The notes beneath the pieces were generated by a model. It did not search any database, had not been told where the DNA came from, and was given only the letters and a program-made list of their open reading frames with translations. Below are positions 55,009-64,000 of a stretch of 64,000 nucleotides of DNA, piece after piece. Within the stretch, counting starts at the first letter, position 1, and each line of letters starts with the position of its first letter. The position numbers and the translations under genes are program-made. The DNA comes from a bacterium. Lineage in GTDB: Bacteria > Bacteroidota > Ignavibacteria > SZUA-365. Location of the stretch: positions 41,410-105,409 of the forward strand of contig JAHLLD010000014.1 of the NCBI GenBank assembly GCA_020444325.1, written 5' to 3'.

Positions 55009-55101
55009 ATGCAATGGAAGAATCGAAGACTGTCCCTCACCCTGCTCGTGCTCAGTGTGCTGTTATGGGTGGTGGCGTTGTATCTGGTGGTGGGTGGGTG
55101 A
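55009..55101 (+). CDS. possible 30-aa small membrane protein
   Basis: Not in the ORF track because it is under 60 aa. AGGAGG (54998-55003) lies 5 nt before the ATG. The product is MQWKNRRLSLTLLVLSVLLWVVALYLVVGG, with a basic N-terminus and one TM helix. Confidence 0.3.
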   Translation: MQWKNRRLSLTLLVLSVLLWVVALYLVVGG

Positions 55102-55245
55102 GGGGGAGATAACGTAAGACCATTGAGGAGGGGCGATCATAACCTGAACTTCTGGGACACAGGCCGTCAGCTAGCTGGCGGCCTGTGGTCGCAATATCCA
55201 GCTCTCCATCTCGCCGAAGCGTATGGATTGATCCATCCAGCCACG

Positions 55246-55273
55246 AATAATGGGTAGTACTACCCATTGACAT
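55246..55273 (+). promoter_or_regulatory. palindrome abutting a TTGACA box (AATAATGGGTAGTACTACCCATTGACAT), candidate operator plus sigma70-type promoter
   Basis: The perfect palindrome AATGGGTAGT/ACTACCCATT is followed by TTGACA, a 17-nt spacer and GATAAT. It sits about 180 nt upstream of 55452..56825. It is nearly identical to 15701..15726. Confidence 0.5.
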
Positions 55274-55451
55274 TGGGAACCGCTTTTCCGATAATATTAT
55301 GTCATTCTACTGCTTTTGCTTCAGATCACACCCCCACGCCTCACCCAGTGGAGTACCCCACTCCGCATGTAACTGCTATATGCCCTGCAGCAATCGAATC
55401 CACGGCCTCGATACCACTGAACATTCAGATTTGACTTTCCCCGGAGGTTCC

Positions 55452-56825
55452 ATGTCAATGAAGCTCAGTTTCCTCGTTGCAATTATTATTTCCTTCACAT
55501 CAGCCCAACTCGACGCGCAATGGCTTTCACAGGGTGCTGTATCCTTGCCACCTAATTTCTACGTCGCATCCATGAAGCCCCTAGATCAGAATGTGGTGTG
55601 GGCAGTTGCCGATACGATCGTGTTGCAAGGGCCAACAGCCAGTTCTCCCCGCATACTCCGAACAATTGATGGCGGAGACACATGGGAGATGCAGACAATT
55701 CCGCAAGCGAATGGAATGTTTTTCACAGACATCACAGCGATTGACGCCAACATAGCCTGGGTTGCAGTCAACGACCTCAGGACGGGAGACGGCGGCATCT
55801 ATAAAACGATCGACGGAGGCGTGACATGGATCGAGCAACTGCCACATACCCCCTGTGTGTATCTGCATTTTTTTAATGCGCATGATGGTCTGCAAGTCAA
55901 CCGCCATATCATACATACAAGTACGGACGGTGGAGCTACCTGGGTACGCGTTGCAGCGAAGGACTATCCGGAGTTCTTCACAGGAGAGTACATGATCTTC
56001 TACGCAAGCAACAATGCGATGGCGATTACCGGTGACAATGTTTGGATCGGAACATCACGGGGCCGGGTGTTTCACTCGTCAGATAGAGGCCATCACTGGT
56101 CTGCGTCGGAGACCTCCCTGCCTTCAGATGCAGCGATCACCAGCATAGCGTTCAAAGATTCCCAGCACGGCATTGTCGTGTCCTGCCTGGAGAATGTTGG
56201 ATTCAATCCGGCTCAGACACGCATGAGTCGAACCAGCGATGGAGGACAAAACTGGGAGACCATTGTATACCAGCTCGACGGTCCTTCCGGAGCCTGCATC
56301 GCCTACATACCGGGTGCGCGATCGACATACATGATGGTCGCATCAGCGATAGACTCAAACGCACCCGGGGCAGCTTACAGCAATGATGACGGTAGCACAT
56401 GGGATAAACTGGATGATGATAACCACAACAGTATCGCGTTCGTCGATCCAGCTACCGGCTGGACCAGTTGTGAGACTACACTGGAACACCCTAACGGCTT
56501 CATCCAAAAGTGGGCTGGGAGTCCACTGTCCACCACGACCCGGACTGTACCAAATCCACCAGACCTGCCCAGCCTTGACAATCATTTTCCAGAGCCAGCC
56601 TCCACCCTTGCGAATATCTCATTCACGCTACCACACAGGGGGGCGGTTTATCTCGCCATGTACGATATCCTCGGACAGCGGATTTCACTCTTGACCAACG
56701 GAGTGTACGCAGCTGGATGTCACACATTGAAAACCAATCTTGACCACCTTAAAACGGGAATCTATTTCTATCGAATGATCTGCGATGGTGTCATTTGCAC
56801 ACGGAAGCTGACAGTTGTGAAATAA
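55452..56825 (+). CDS. BNR/Asp-box beta-propeller protein with a T9SS C-terminal sorting domain (paralog A)
   Basis: The ORF track gives 55299..56825. ATG 55452 follows GGAGG. The signal peptide is MSMKLSFLVAIIISFTSAQLDA|Q. Six Asp-box-like motifs are present (TIDGGDTW, TIDGGVTW, STDGGATW, SSDRGHHW, TSDGGQNW, SNDDGSTW). The CTD reads HFPEPASTLANISF...GIYFYRMICDG. Confidence 0.85.
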   Translation: MSMKLSFLVAIIISFTSAQLDAQWLSQGAVSLPPNFYVASMKPLDQNVVWAVADTIVLQGPTASSPRILRTIDGGDTWEMQTIPQANGMFFTDITAIDANIAWVAVNDLRTGDGGIYKTIDGGVTWIEQLPHTPCVYLHFFNAHDGLQVNRHIIHTSTDGGATWVRVAAKDYPEFFTGEYMIFYASNNAMAITGDNVWIGTSRGRVFHSSDRGHHWSASETSLPSDAAITSIAFKDSQHGIVVSCLENVGFNPAQTRMSRTSDGGQNWETIVYQLDGPSGACIAYIPGARSTYMMVASAIDSNAPGAAYSNDDGSTWDKLDDDNHNSIAFVDPATGWTSCETTLEHPNGFIQKWAGSPLSTTTRTVPNPPDLPSLDNHFPEPASTLANISFTLPHRGAVYLAMYDILGQRISLLTNGVYAAGCHTLKTNLDHLKTGIYFYRMICDGVICTRKLTVVK

Positions 56826-56925
56826 TCTCATTGCGTAAAAGAAGCCGATCATGGAGTTCGCTATCAAAATGAAACCTATGAAACACGAGTTCACAGACAT
56901 CATAGAGAATTGAGGAGACAACATC

Positions 56926-57948
56926 ATGCGCACGCAGCTAATAACCAACTGCTTCCGGGTTCTTGCTTCAACCGTAGTCTTCGCACTGTGCTCATCGCTG
57001 ATGACAGCACAGGCACTCGAAGACTGGGATTTGTATACAGAAGGGGTTTCATCTGGTGCGTATGATTGTGGGGGAGATCCAACCGCGCCGTATGACAGCG
57101 ATGATGTCGGGTACATGATCGGTGATGGAGCTAAATCCAATGGATTTGGAACATGGATGTGTACTATCGATGCCGAGGACTATCGCTCGAAGAGGATTCA
57201 ACTTTCTGCATATGTCAAAACTGAGGACGTGAATGCTGGAGCAATGTTGTGGATGAGAGTGGATGGCAAGAATCATAAAATCCTTGCATTTGACAACATG
57301 CAGAGACGCGCAATCAGAGGGACAACGGATTGGAGCAGCTACACCATCGTACTCGACGTCCCTGTTGAAGCTGAAAAGATTGCCCTTGGCACCATATTGG
57401 GGGGAAACGGAAAAGTCTGGACAGGCAGCCTTGAATTAGCAGCAGTTAGCGCAGAAGTACCGGTAACCGATCTCGGGAGTCCAACCGATATGCTGCGTCC
57501 CCCGAAAGATGTTGCTGCGAAGCTTGCACTATTGAAGGGTCACTGGGAGGGTCGCATTCATCAGACCATGGGAGACGGAACGGAATTCGACTGGCCCGTT
57601 GAAATGGACTGTAGTACGGTGCTTAACACCAACACCATACAGATGAAAGGAGTACTCCATGCGCAGGGTGACTTCACAGTCGACTGGATAGGAATGTACA
57701 GTTGGGACTCGTCACAAAAACGAATGGTGTATTTCGAAGCAACAAGCACTGGCGAAACAGCAGCGCTTAAAGGCAATTGGCGACAGGAACAGGTACCCAC
57801 ACTTGAACTTTCTGATCTGGAGTCTACGGAGGGCCACAGCGCTCAACAGATCATCACGATTCCTGATGAGGGCAAGATGTTATGGGAACTCACCTGGCAA
57901 ACTGAGGACGGTGTAATACGCCAGTTGTTGGATGCCGAAAGAAAGTGA
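56926..57948 (+). CDS. hypothetical secreted two-domain protein
   Basis: The signal peptide is ..CSSLMTA|QA. The N-terminal half looks jelly-roll/CBM-like (RIQLSAYVKTEDVNAGAMLWMRVDG...TTDWSSYTIVLDVP). The C-terminal half is lipocalin/DUF1579-like by eye only. Confidence 0.6.
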   Translation: MRTQLITNCFRVLASTVVFALCSSLMTAQALEDWDLYTEGVSSGAYDCGGDPTAPYDSDDVGYMIGDGAKSNGFGTWMCTIDAEDYRSKRIQLSAYVKTEDVNAGAMLWMRVDGKNHKILAFDNMQRRAIRGTTDWSSYTIVLDVPVEAEKIALGTILGGNGKVWTGSLELAAVSAEVPVTDLGSPTDMLRPPKDVAAKLALLKGHWEGRIHQTMGDGTEFDWPVEMDCSTVLNTNTIQMKGVLHAQGDFTVDWIGMYSWDSSQKRMVYFEATSTGETAALKGNWRQEQVPTLELSDLESTEGHSAQQIITIPDEGKMLWELTWQTEDGVIRQLLDAERK

Positions 57949-58026
57949 ATGGTCAGCTGATCGAAGGTAGAATCATTCCGACCGCCCTGTTTCATGATTT
58001 TCATAAATAATCCCGGGAATCCACCA

Positions 58027-59397
58027 ATGTATACGAAGCGAATTCCAATGATAATACTGCTAGTTCTCCTATTTGGTGCACAGGCATCATCACAATGGCT
58101 ACCGCAGGAAACTCCTTCTCTTCCAGAACAATACATGATCTATTCTATGAAGGCCGTCAATAAAGATGTGGTCTGGGCGCTGGCAGATACGACGCACGCA
58201 CTTGGCCCAGCTGTGGGCTTCCCGAGAGTACTGCGGACAACAGACGGAGGAACGACATGGACGGCAATTCGGGTTCCGGAAACGGATGGTCTGTTTTTTA
58301 TGGACGTATTCGCTCTAGATGAATTCACTGCATGGATTACTTCCAATTGCATGTGTCAATCCAGTGATAACCTGGGAGGGATATTACACACCACCGACGG
58401 CGGAGAGACATGGACGGAGCAACTTCACAATATTCAGACACTGTTCATTCATTTTTTTACAGGGCTCGTCGGAGTAGAAGTTAATTCGTGGTCTGTGAAA
58501 GTAACCGATGATGGTGGTCAAACCTGGGAAAGCATTCCTGTGGAAAATCGACCACAGTATAAAAGCGGTGAAATGAACATCCTCATGTCGAGCAGCAATG
58601 CGATGGCAGCTGTCGGAGACACCATCTGGGTCCCAACGTCAATGGGGAGAGTCCATCGGAGTACTGACAGGGGGCACCACTGGGATGTGGTTAGCATTCC
58701 TTCAATGGAATCAAGAATCATTACAAGCCTCGCATTCCGCGATGGACTTCATGGATTGGCGATTTCCTGTCTCGACAATGTTGCGGGGCTCGCTGCAACG
58801 ACTGTAGCACGAACGACGGATGGAGGAGTAAACTGGGAGATTGTTCAGCCTGCGATTTCTCAGGTATCCGGGACCTGTCTCGCGTACGTTCCCGGAACCG
58901 CCAGCACCTTTGTGATGGTCGGGGACTACTTGCCTGGAACGGCTTACACCACTGACGATGGAGCTTCTTGGAGCTACCTTGATATGGACAAATACCATAC
59001 CGGAGTTTCGTTCGTTGATCCAATGACCGGATGGACGTCCTGTATCTCATACCCATCCTACAAAAACAATTATATACAAACATGGCATTCTGGGCTTCTG
59101 GACATCGATCCAGGCTCGGCAACCAACATGACTGATGTGTCTCTGCTTGGCGGCTGTTATCCACACCCAGTCGTCTCTCAGACATCCATTCCATATCGCC
59201 TCCAGCGCTCTGGCTGGGTCCATCTCACCATCTATGACCTTCTGGGACGACGAGTAAGAACGCTGATTGACCAGAACATGAATCCCGGACGCTACACAAC
59301 CCAATTTGATGGTACCGGACTCCCGGCAGGAAGGTACGTCCTTCTACTTGATGCTGCCGGCGAAGTCCATACCAGGATGGTCACATTGCAGCGGTAG
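58027..59397 (+). CDS. BNR/Asp-box beta-propeller protein with a T9SS C-terminal sorting domain (paralog B)
   Basis: The ORF track gives 57994..59397. ATG 58027 gives MYTKRIPMIILLVLLFGAQASS|Q. It is collinear with 55452..56825 (TTDGGTTW, TTDGGETW, TDDGGQTW, STDRGHHW, TTDGGVNW, TTDDGASW). The CTD reads CYPHPVVSQTSIPY...GRYVLLLDA. Confidence 0.85.
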   Translation: MYTKRIPMIILLVLLFGAQASSQWLPQETPSLPEQYMIYSMKAVNKDVVWALADTTHALGPAVGFPRVLRTTDGGTTWTAIRVPETDGLFFMDVFALDEFTAWITSNCMCQSSDNLGGILHTTDGGETWTEQLHNIQTLFIHFFTGLVGVEVNSWSVKVTDDGGQTWESIPVENRPQYKSGEMNILMSSSNAMAAVGDTIWVPTSMGRVHRSTDRGHHWDVVSIPSMESRIITSLAFRDGLHGLAISCLDNVAGLAATTVARTTDGGVNWEIVQPAISQVSGTCLAYVPGTASTFVMVGDYLPGTAYTTDDGASWSYLDMDKYHTGVSFVDPMTGWTSCISYPSYKNNYIQTWHSGLLDIDPGSATNMTDVSLLGGCYPHPVVSQTSIPYRLQRSGWVHLTIYDLLGRRVRTLIDQNMNPGRYTTQFDGTGLPAGRYVLLLDAAGEVHTRMVTLQR

Positions 59398-59575
59398 CTG
59401 CATCCGTGTGCACCGCACTCTTCATTCTCAAAAACTGTACTGCGCTAGATCGCGGAAAAATACCTGTGTGCACCGGCATCCCTGATATTCGCCAAGACGA
59501 TATCCTCTATCTCCTCGGTAAAGTTCTCCGAGGATAATTTCCGACGCCCACCATTTCATTTCCCTTGGAGGAATC

Positions 59576-62104
59576 ATGATACGAATCTGCATTCTGCTTG
59601 CTGCGATAACTGTGTTTCTATATCCCACGACTATGACAGCCCAGTCATCCACGAACCTGATGTTGGAATGGAATACTTTTTTCGGGGGCGTGGGGACAAA
59701 TGTCGCACGTGCTACCGTCGTCGATGCCCAGGACAACATTTATGTCGTTGGTCTCGCGCAAGAGGGATGGGACAATTCAATCATCCCGTTTTCAGGAGGC
59801 TCGAAAAATGGCTTCCTCGCGAAATTCAGTAGCAGCGGTGCCCTGCTATGGCACACTTACATCCCGGCGGCAGGCGCCAGCCTCAATGATGTCACAATAG
59901 ACGACAATGGTAACATTATCGCAATCGGATCCACTACCGCAAACTGGGGCAATCCGGTTAATCAATACACCAGTGGGGGAATGGCTGACATCCAAGTTGT
60001 GAAATTCAACAGTAGCGGTTCACTAATATGGAATACGTTTGCTGGGGGCTACAATCAGGATTTCGGTGAATCTGTTGCGCTTGACGCCGATGGGAATATT
60101 TACATCACGGGATACTGTTGGGGTTATCCTGGATGGGGTGCCCCGATTCGAGAGCACAGTTCGAGCTCCTCTGATCACTTCGTGGCAAAACTCAATAGTG
60201 ACGGAGAGATGCTGTGGAATACGTTTCTTGGCGGCGACGGTTTTGATGCGAACGAGAGTGATATTTCCGTAACCGGGGACGGGATGCTCTACGTGGCAGG
60301 CGCAGGAAATGCAAGCTGGGGGAATCCTGTGCAGGCGTTTTCTGCAAGCATGGATGTCTTCGTCGCTGCGCTGGACAGCAGCGGAGGTCTCGTCTGGAAC
60401 ACCTTCGTTGGAGGTGCCGGAGATGACAGGGGCATTCATCTGGCCGTAGATGGCGATGATAACATATTTCTTGTTGGTCATAGTTCCGCAACATGGGGCA
60501 CACCTATCGTAGCGTGGACCGAAGGATATTTGGAAGAAATGACTGATGCATTTGCAGCCAAAGTCAGCAAAGAAGGGTACGTAGTCTGGAACACGTTTCT
60601 GGGAGGTGGATCCAGAGACGATGGGCGAGAAATAATCAGACATCCTGACGGCACGTTATACATTGTAGGACAGACATACGGCGTGTCATGGGGAACGCCA
60701 CTGGATTCATATGACGGTGGATCTGATTGCTTCCTTGCTGCAGTAGATACTGCAGGACAGCGGTTGTGGAACACTTTCATCGGCTCAAACATATACGACG
60801 GAGGCTGGGGGATAGCATTCGATTCCAATTATAATCTCGTGGTCTGCGGCACCAGTTACGCTAGCTGGGGCGACCCAATTAATCCTCACAATAGTCCGAC
60901 CTCCTTGTGGGATGGCTTCCTGGCGCTTCTCGTATTCAATCATCCTCCCGTTGCGAACTGCCATGCCTCCATGACTGTTGCGGCAACAGGTACCTGCACT
61001 GCATACGCATCAATGGACAATGGCTCCAGTGATCCGGACGACAACATCGCTACCATCACGCAAACGCCACCTGGGCCGTACCCGATTGGGACAACTGAAG
61101 TCAATCTCACTGTGACAGATACCTACGGTGTATCCAGCACCTGTACCGGGTATATCACGGTAATAGACAATTCCGCACCTGCTGTAATCAGCAAGGCTGC
61201 GTCTGTCACTCTCGTGGATGGGGCTGCAGAAATCATGCCCGATGATGTAGATGGTGGCTCGATTGATGCCTGCAGCGCTTTTTCGCTCTCAGTCTCCCCC
61301 AACACGTTCACATGCCTGAACATCGGTGCGAACACTGTCACGCTGACCGCAGTCGACGCCCACAACAACGTCGCTACAACCACAGCGACGGTCAACGTCA
61401 TCGGCGCCGTACCCGATCCGGTCATCGAGGTTGCCCCGTCCCCTACTGTTTTGAATCACGCGGAGAACACTGTTTACCTGGGATTCGGGCCGCAAACAGT
61501 GACGCTGACCGCTTCCGGCTCTCAAAGTGATACATACGAATGGGCCGCTTCTCCTCGACTCAGTAGTACTGATATCAAATCACCGACATTCGCTGTTTCA
61601 GAAGCCGGGGCGTATACGGAGTCGGTGACTGTAACCAACGAGTACGGCTGTACTGGCTCGGCCTCTATCTCGATCGAGGTGCTGGATTGGCGCTGCAACA
61701 ACAATGCAAATCAAGTCAAGATCATGATGTGCCATGAGGGGAAAACAATATGTGTTGCGGAGAACGCGGTACAGGCCCATCTCGGTCTCGGTGATTACAT
61801 AGGAGCATGTCAGACGCAAAAGCAGCGCAGCATCTCACCTGAGTTTCTCTCACTTGCTCAGAACCGCCCCAATCCATTTAATCCAACGACCTGGATAGAG
61901 TATAGCCTCCCCGAAGCGGGAATGGTTCGCCTCGTCGTGTACAATCTGCTCGGCCAGGAAATATACCGTCTCGTCGACAACTACTCTCCCGCCGGTATTC
62001 ATCATGCAGTATTCGATGGATCCGACCTGCCAACCGGTACCTATATATATCGACTGGAATGGAACGGACAGACGCTTACTCGCAGAATGGCACGGCTTAA
62101 GTAG
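59576..62104 (+). CDS. SBBP-type beta-propeller-repeat protein with HYR-like domains and a T9SS C-terminal sorting domain
   Basis: There is a signal peptide. Eight repeats follow the pattern WNTF(L/I/V)GG...D.G..(I/V)..D..GN(I)Y(I/V).G.....WG.P, typical of SBBP. HYR-like segments are present (PPVANCHASMTVAATGTC..., APAVISKAASVTL...). The CTD reads NRPNPFNPTTWIEYSL...GTYIYRLEWNGQTLTRRMARLK. Confidence 0.85.
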   Translation: MIRICILLAAITVFLYPTTMTAQSSTNLMLEWNTFFGGVGTNVARATVVDAQDNIYVVGLAQEGWDNSIIPFSGGSKNGFLAKFSSSGALLWHTYIPAAGASLNDVTIDDNGNIIAIGSTTANWGNPVNQYTSGGMADIQVVKFNSSGSLIWNTFAGGYNQDFGESVALDADGNIYITGYCWGYPGWGAPIREHSSSSSDHFVAKLNSDGEMLWNTFLGGDGFDANESDISVTGDGMLYVAGAGNASWGNPVQAFSASMDVFVAALDSSGGLVWNTFVGGAGDDRGIHLAVDGDDNIFLVGHSSATWGTPIVAWTEGYLEEMTDAFAAKVSKEGYVVWNTFLGGGSRDDGREIIRHPDGTLYIVGQTYGVSWGTPLDSYDGGSDCFLAAVDTAGQRLWNTFIGSNIYDGGWGIAFDSNYNLVVCGTSYASWGDPINPHNSPTSLWDGFLALLVFNHPPVANCHASMTVAATGTCTAYASMDNGSSDPDDNIATITQTPPGPYPIGTTEVNLTVTDTYGVSSTCTGYITVIDNSAPAVISKAASVTLVDGAAEIMPDDVDGGSIDACSAFSLSVSPNTFTCLNIGANTVTLTAVDAHNNVATTTATVNVIGAVPDPVIEVAPSPTVLNHAENTVYLGFGPQTVTLTASGSQSDTYEWAASPRLSSTDIKSPTFAVSEAGAYTESVTVTNEYGCTGSASISIEVLDWRCNNNANQVKIMMCHEGKTICVAENAVQAHLGLGDYIGACQTQKQRSISPEFLSLAQNRPNPFNPTTWIEYSLPEAGMVRLVVYNLLGQEIYRLVDNYSPAGIHHAVFDGSDLPTGTYIYRLEWNGQTLTRRMARLK

Positions 62105-62140
62105 ACTCTATGTGCACCTCTCACCGAATCAGGAGTAGTT

Positions 62141-64000
62141 ATGATACGACAACATTGCATTCACCAACTCAGAGAACTCGTACCCCTACTTTTTCTCGTT
62201 GCTTTCTTCATTCCTTCATCGCTGCAAGCGCAGCCCACATGTGAAGGAGCGAGCTTCTCTGTCACCAACACGTTCCCACCCGGGGGACACAATGCCATTG
62301 ATTTTGAACTTGGTGATTTCAACGAGGACGGAAAACAAGATCTTATCGTCGCATGCGCCACATCATTCAATCTCTTTTTCCTCGAAGGAGACGGGAGTGG
62401 TAATTTTGACATAAAAGAATGCGTAGAAACTGGTGGACCTACAAGTTCATTGAAACTTGCCGACCTGGATGGTGATGGACATACGGACCTCGTCATAGGT
62501 GCACCGTTTAAAGCGTATCTTGGCAATGGGGATGGGACATTCGGTGTTCCTACCGGATTGCCTTCAACAGGACGCGGACACGTCGCCGTAGCTGATATGA
62601 ACAATGATGGGAAGCTGGATGTCGTCGTTGCAGACCTCACGACCAACGCACAGAACGCGGAAATATACCTCGGAGACGGAGCGGGGATTTTCAGCTTGAG
62701 TGATTCGTACCTTACCGACCATCACTCCAGCGGTGTGGCACTGGGTCATTTCAATTCCGATGCGTATCTCGATGTTGTGGTTTCAAACTGGAACGGCCAC
62801 AGCGTGACAGTGCTGATGAATGACGGGACAGGAAAATTCGCTTCAGCAGTTGAGTACCCCGGCCATACATATTGCCAACAGGTAACAACGGGGGATTTCA
62901 ATGGGGACTCAATGGACGATCTCGCCATCGTTAGCTGGAGCCTGCACAGCGTCGCCATACGTCTAAACGATGGCAACGGGGGATTTTCGAACCGCACGGA
63001 TTATTCTACCACCGGAAGTGCTCCAAATGGAATCGGCAGCGCCGACATCAACGGCGATGGAATTATCGATTTGGCGGTATGCAACGCGTACTCCGATGAT
63101 GTCACGGTCTTCCTGGGTGCATCTGGTGGGACCTTCAGCGTTAAGACAAAGCTACCCGCAGGCGATTATCCCACGGAAACAGCATTCAGTGACGTGACGA
63201 ACGACGGGAAGCCAGACCTCCTCGTCTCACATATGTATTCCAGTGATGTATACATTTACGAGGGTGATGGTACTGGAGGGTTCACATATCGGGACAAAAT
63301 ATCATTTGGAGGGATCGCCGCACCGGCCAGCATCCTCAATGCCGATGTGAACGATGACGGGAACCCTGATGTCATCACAGGGAACTACAGCTCGAAGAAT
63401 GTCTCAGTCTACCTCGGTACTGGCAATGGTGATTTCCAAACACCGGTTCAGTACCCGGCACACGGAAATGTCCGCGGAATTGTTCTCAAGGACCTCGATG
63501 GCGACGGCGACCTGGATATCGCCGCTGGACATCGATGGATTGACGGAATATCGGTAATGAAGGGTGATGGACTTGGCTCATTTGCGGCACCGGTCCACTA
63601 TGCAGCCGGGCAGAATACGCATGTTATCCGTGCAGCCGACGTTGACGGTGATGCTGATGCGGACCTGATTGCCATCAACACATTTTCAAATGATTTCTCG
63701 CTTCTGCTTAACAACGGCGATGCAACATTCGGCGCCGCAACGTCGTACGCACTGGGCGCTGAGCCACGCGGGTTAGAAGTCGCGGATTTCAATGGTGACG
63801 GAGCACCTGATGTCTTCATCCCGCTCAAAGGTTCAAAAAGCGCTCTGTTTTATCTCGGGGACGGACAGGCTGGCTTCACAGCCCCTGTCACAATAAGTTT
63901 GCCCGATGAAATTGAGTCCTCCCTGGTTGGTGAATACACGAATGATTCGTATCCCGATATCGCGTGTACATTTGTCGGATCGGTTGATTTTCACATCCTG
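62141..64000 (+). CDS. FG-GAP/VCBS-repeat protein, 3' end beyond the window
   Basis: Not in the ORF track because there is no stop inside the window. AGGAG (62131-62135) precedes ATG 62141. I translated 62141-62350 and 62942-64000, and that frame is open in both parts. The intervening stretch was not read. The signal peptide is ..FIPSSLQA|Q. Repeated motifs include (D/N)(F/L/V)(N/D)GDG..D(L/I)(V/A)(V/A)..., for example GDFNEDGKQDLIVA, ADLDGDGHTDLVIG, ADINGDGIIDLAVC and ADFNGDGAPDVFI. Confidence 0.85.
   Translation, partial: MIRQHCIHQLRELVPLLFLVAFFIPSSLQAQPTCEGASFSVTNTFPPGGHNAIDFELGDFNEDGKQDLIVACATSFNLFFLEGDGSGNFDIKECVETGGPTSSLKLADLDGDGHTDLVIGAPFKAYLGNGDGTFGVPTGLPSTGRGHVAVADMNNDGKLDVVVADLTTNAQNAEIYLGDGAGIFSLSDSYLTDHHSSGVALGHFNSDAYLDVVVSNWNGHSVTVLMNDGTGKFASAVEYPGHTYCQQVTTGDFNGDSMDDLAIVSWSLHSVAIRLNDGNGGFSNRTDYSTTGSAPNGIGSADINGDGIIDLAVCNAYSDDVTVFLGASGGTFSVKTKLPAGDYPTETAFSDVTNDGKPDLLVSHMYSSDVYIYEGDGTGGFTYRDKISFGGIAAPASILNADVNDDGNPDVITGNYSSKNVSVYLGTGNGDFQTPVQYPAHGNVRGIVLKDLDGDGDLDIAAGHRWIDGISVMKGDGLGSFAAPVHYAAGQNTHVIRAADVDGDADADLIAINTFSNDFSLLLNNGDATFGAATSYALGAEPRGLEVADFNGDGAPDVFIPLKGSKSALFYLGDGQAGFTAPVTISLPDEIESSLVGEYTNDSYPDIACTFVGSVDFHIL

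Noticed and set aside
1-64000. A search by eye for CRISPR arrays, tRNA/rRNA genes, IS elements with terminal inverted repeats, integrases, reverse transcriptases (DGR or retron) and invertible promoters.
   Set aside because: I found no regularly spaced direct repeats, no cloverleaf-like GC-rich segments of about 75 nt in intergenic regions, and no transposase, recombinase or RT motifs in any long ORF. Absence is by inspection only and should be confirmed with tRNAscan-SE, Infernal, CRISPRCasFinder and ISEScan.

Overview
This 64-kb window looks like ordinary chromosome from a moderately GC-rich member of the FCB group (Bacteroidota/Ignavibacteriota/Chlorobiota-like). The main basis is that at least 9 predicted proteins end in the T9SS type-A C-terminal sorting domain (..NPFNP.T.I.Y.. 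then ..G.Y.Y.L..). I call about 45 CDS. I saw no rRNA, tRNA, CRISPR array, transposase, integrase or reverse transcriptase.

Recognisable content:
- Many secreted or T9SS cargo proteins: vWA, VIT-vWA, an S8 subtilase with 6 HYR domains, BNR/Asp-box propellers, an SBBP propeller and an FG-GAP/VCBS protein.
- Two paralogous TPR sensor histidine kinases with no adjacent response regulator.
- A short S26 signal-peptidase-like gene whose catalytic Lys is replaced by Phe.
- An acyl-CoA synthetase, a DUF1778/GNAT (TacAT-like) toxin-antitoxin pair, a Crp/Fnr regulator, YceI, a RluA-family pseudouridine synthase, an AraC regulator and an alpha/beta hydrolase.

Leads not explained by ordinary annotation:
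1. A near-perfect palindromic element (consensus about GGAAATATGCAGAAACTGCATATTTCC) occurs 8 times, always between genes.
2. Four tandem, partly translationally coupled paralogs of an unrecognised envelope-protein family lie at 5.2-11.1 kb. Two of them share a 55-nt perfectly identical 5' block.
3. A membrane-tethered trypsin-like protease is paired with a large helical partner (21.4-24.8 kb).
4. An AT-rich two-gene islet of unknown function sits at 43.4-45.3 kb.
5. A second palindrome abuts a TTGACA box upstream of two T9SS propeller genes.

All functional calls rest on motifs read by eye. No database search, GC calculation or alignment program was run.
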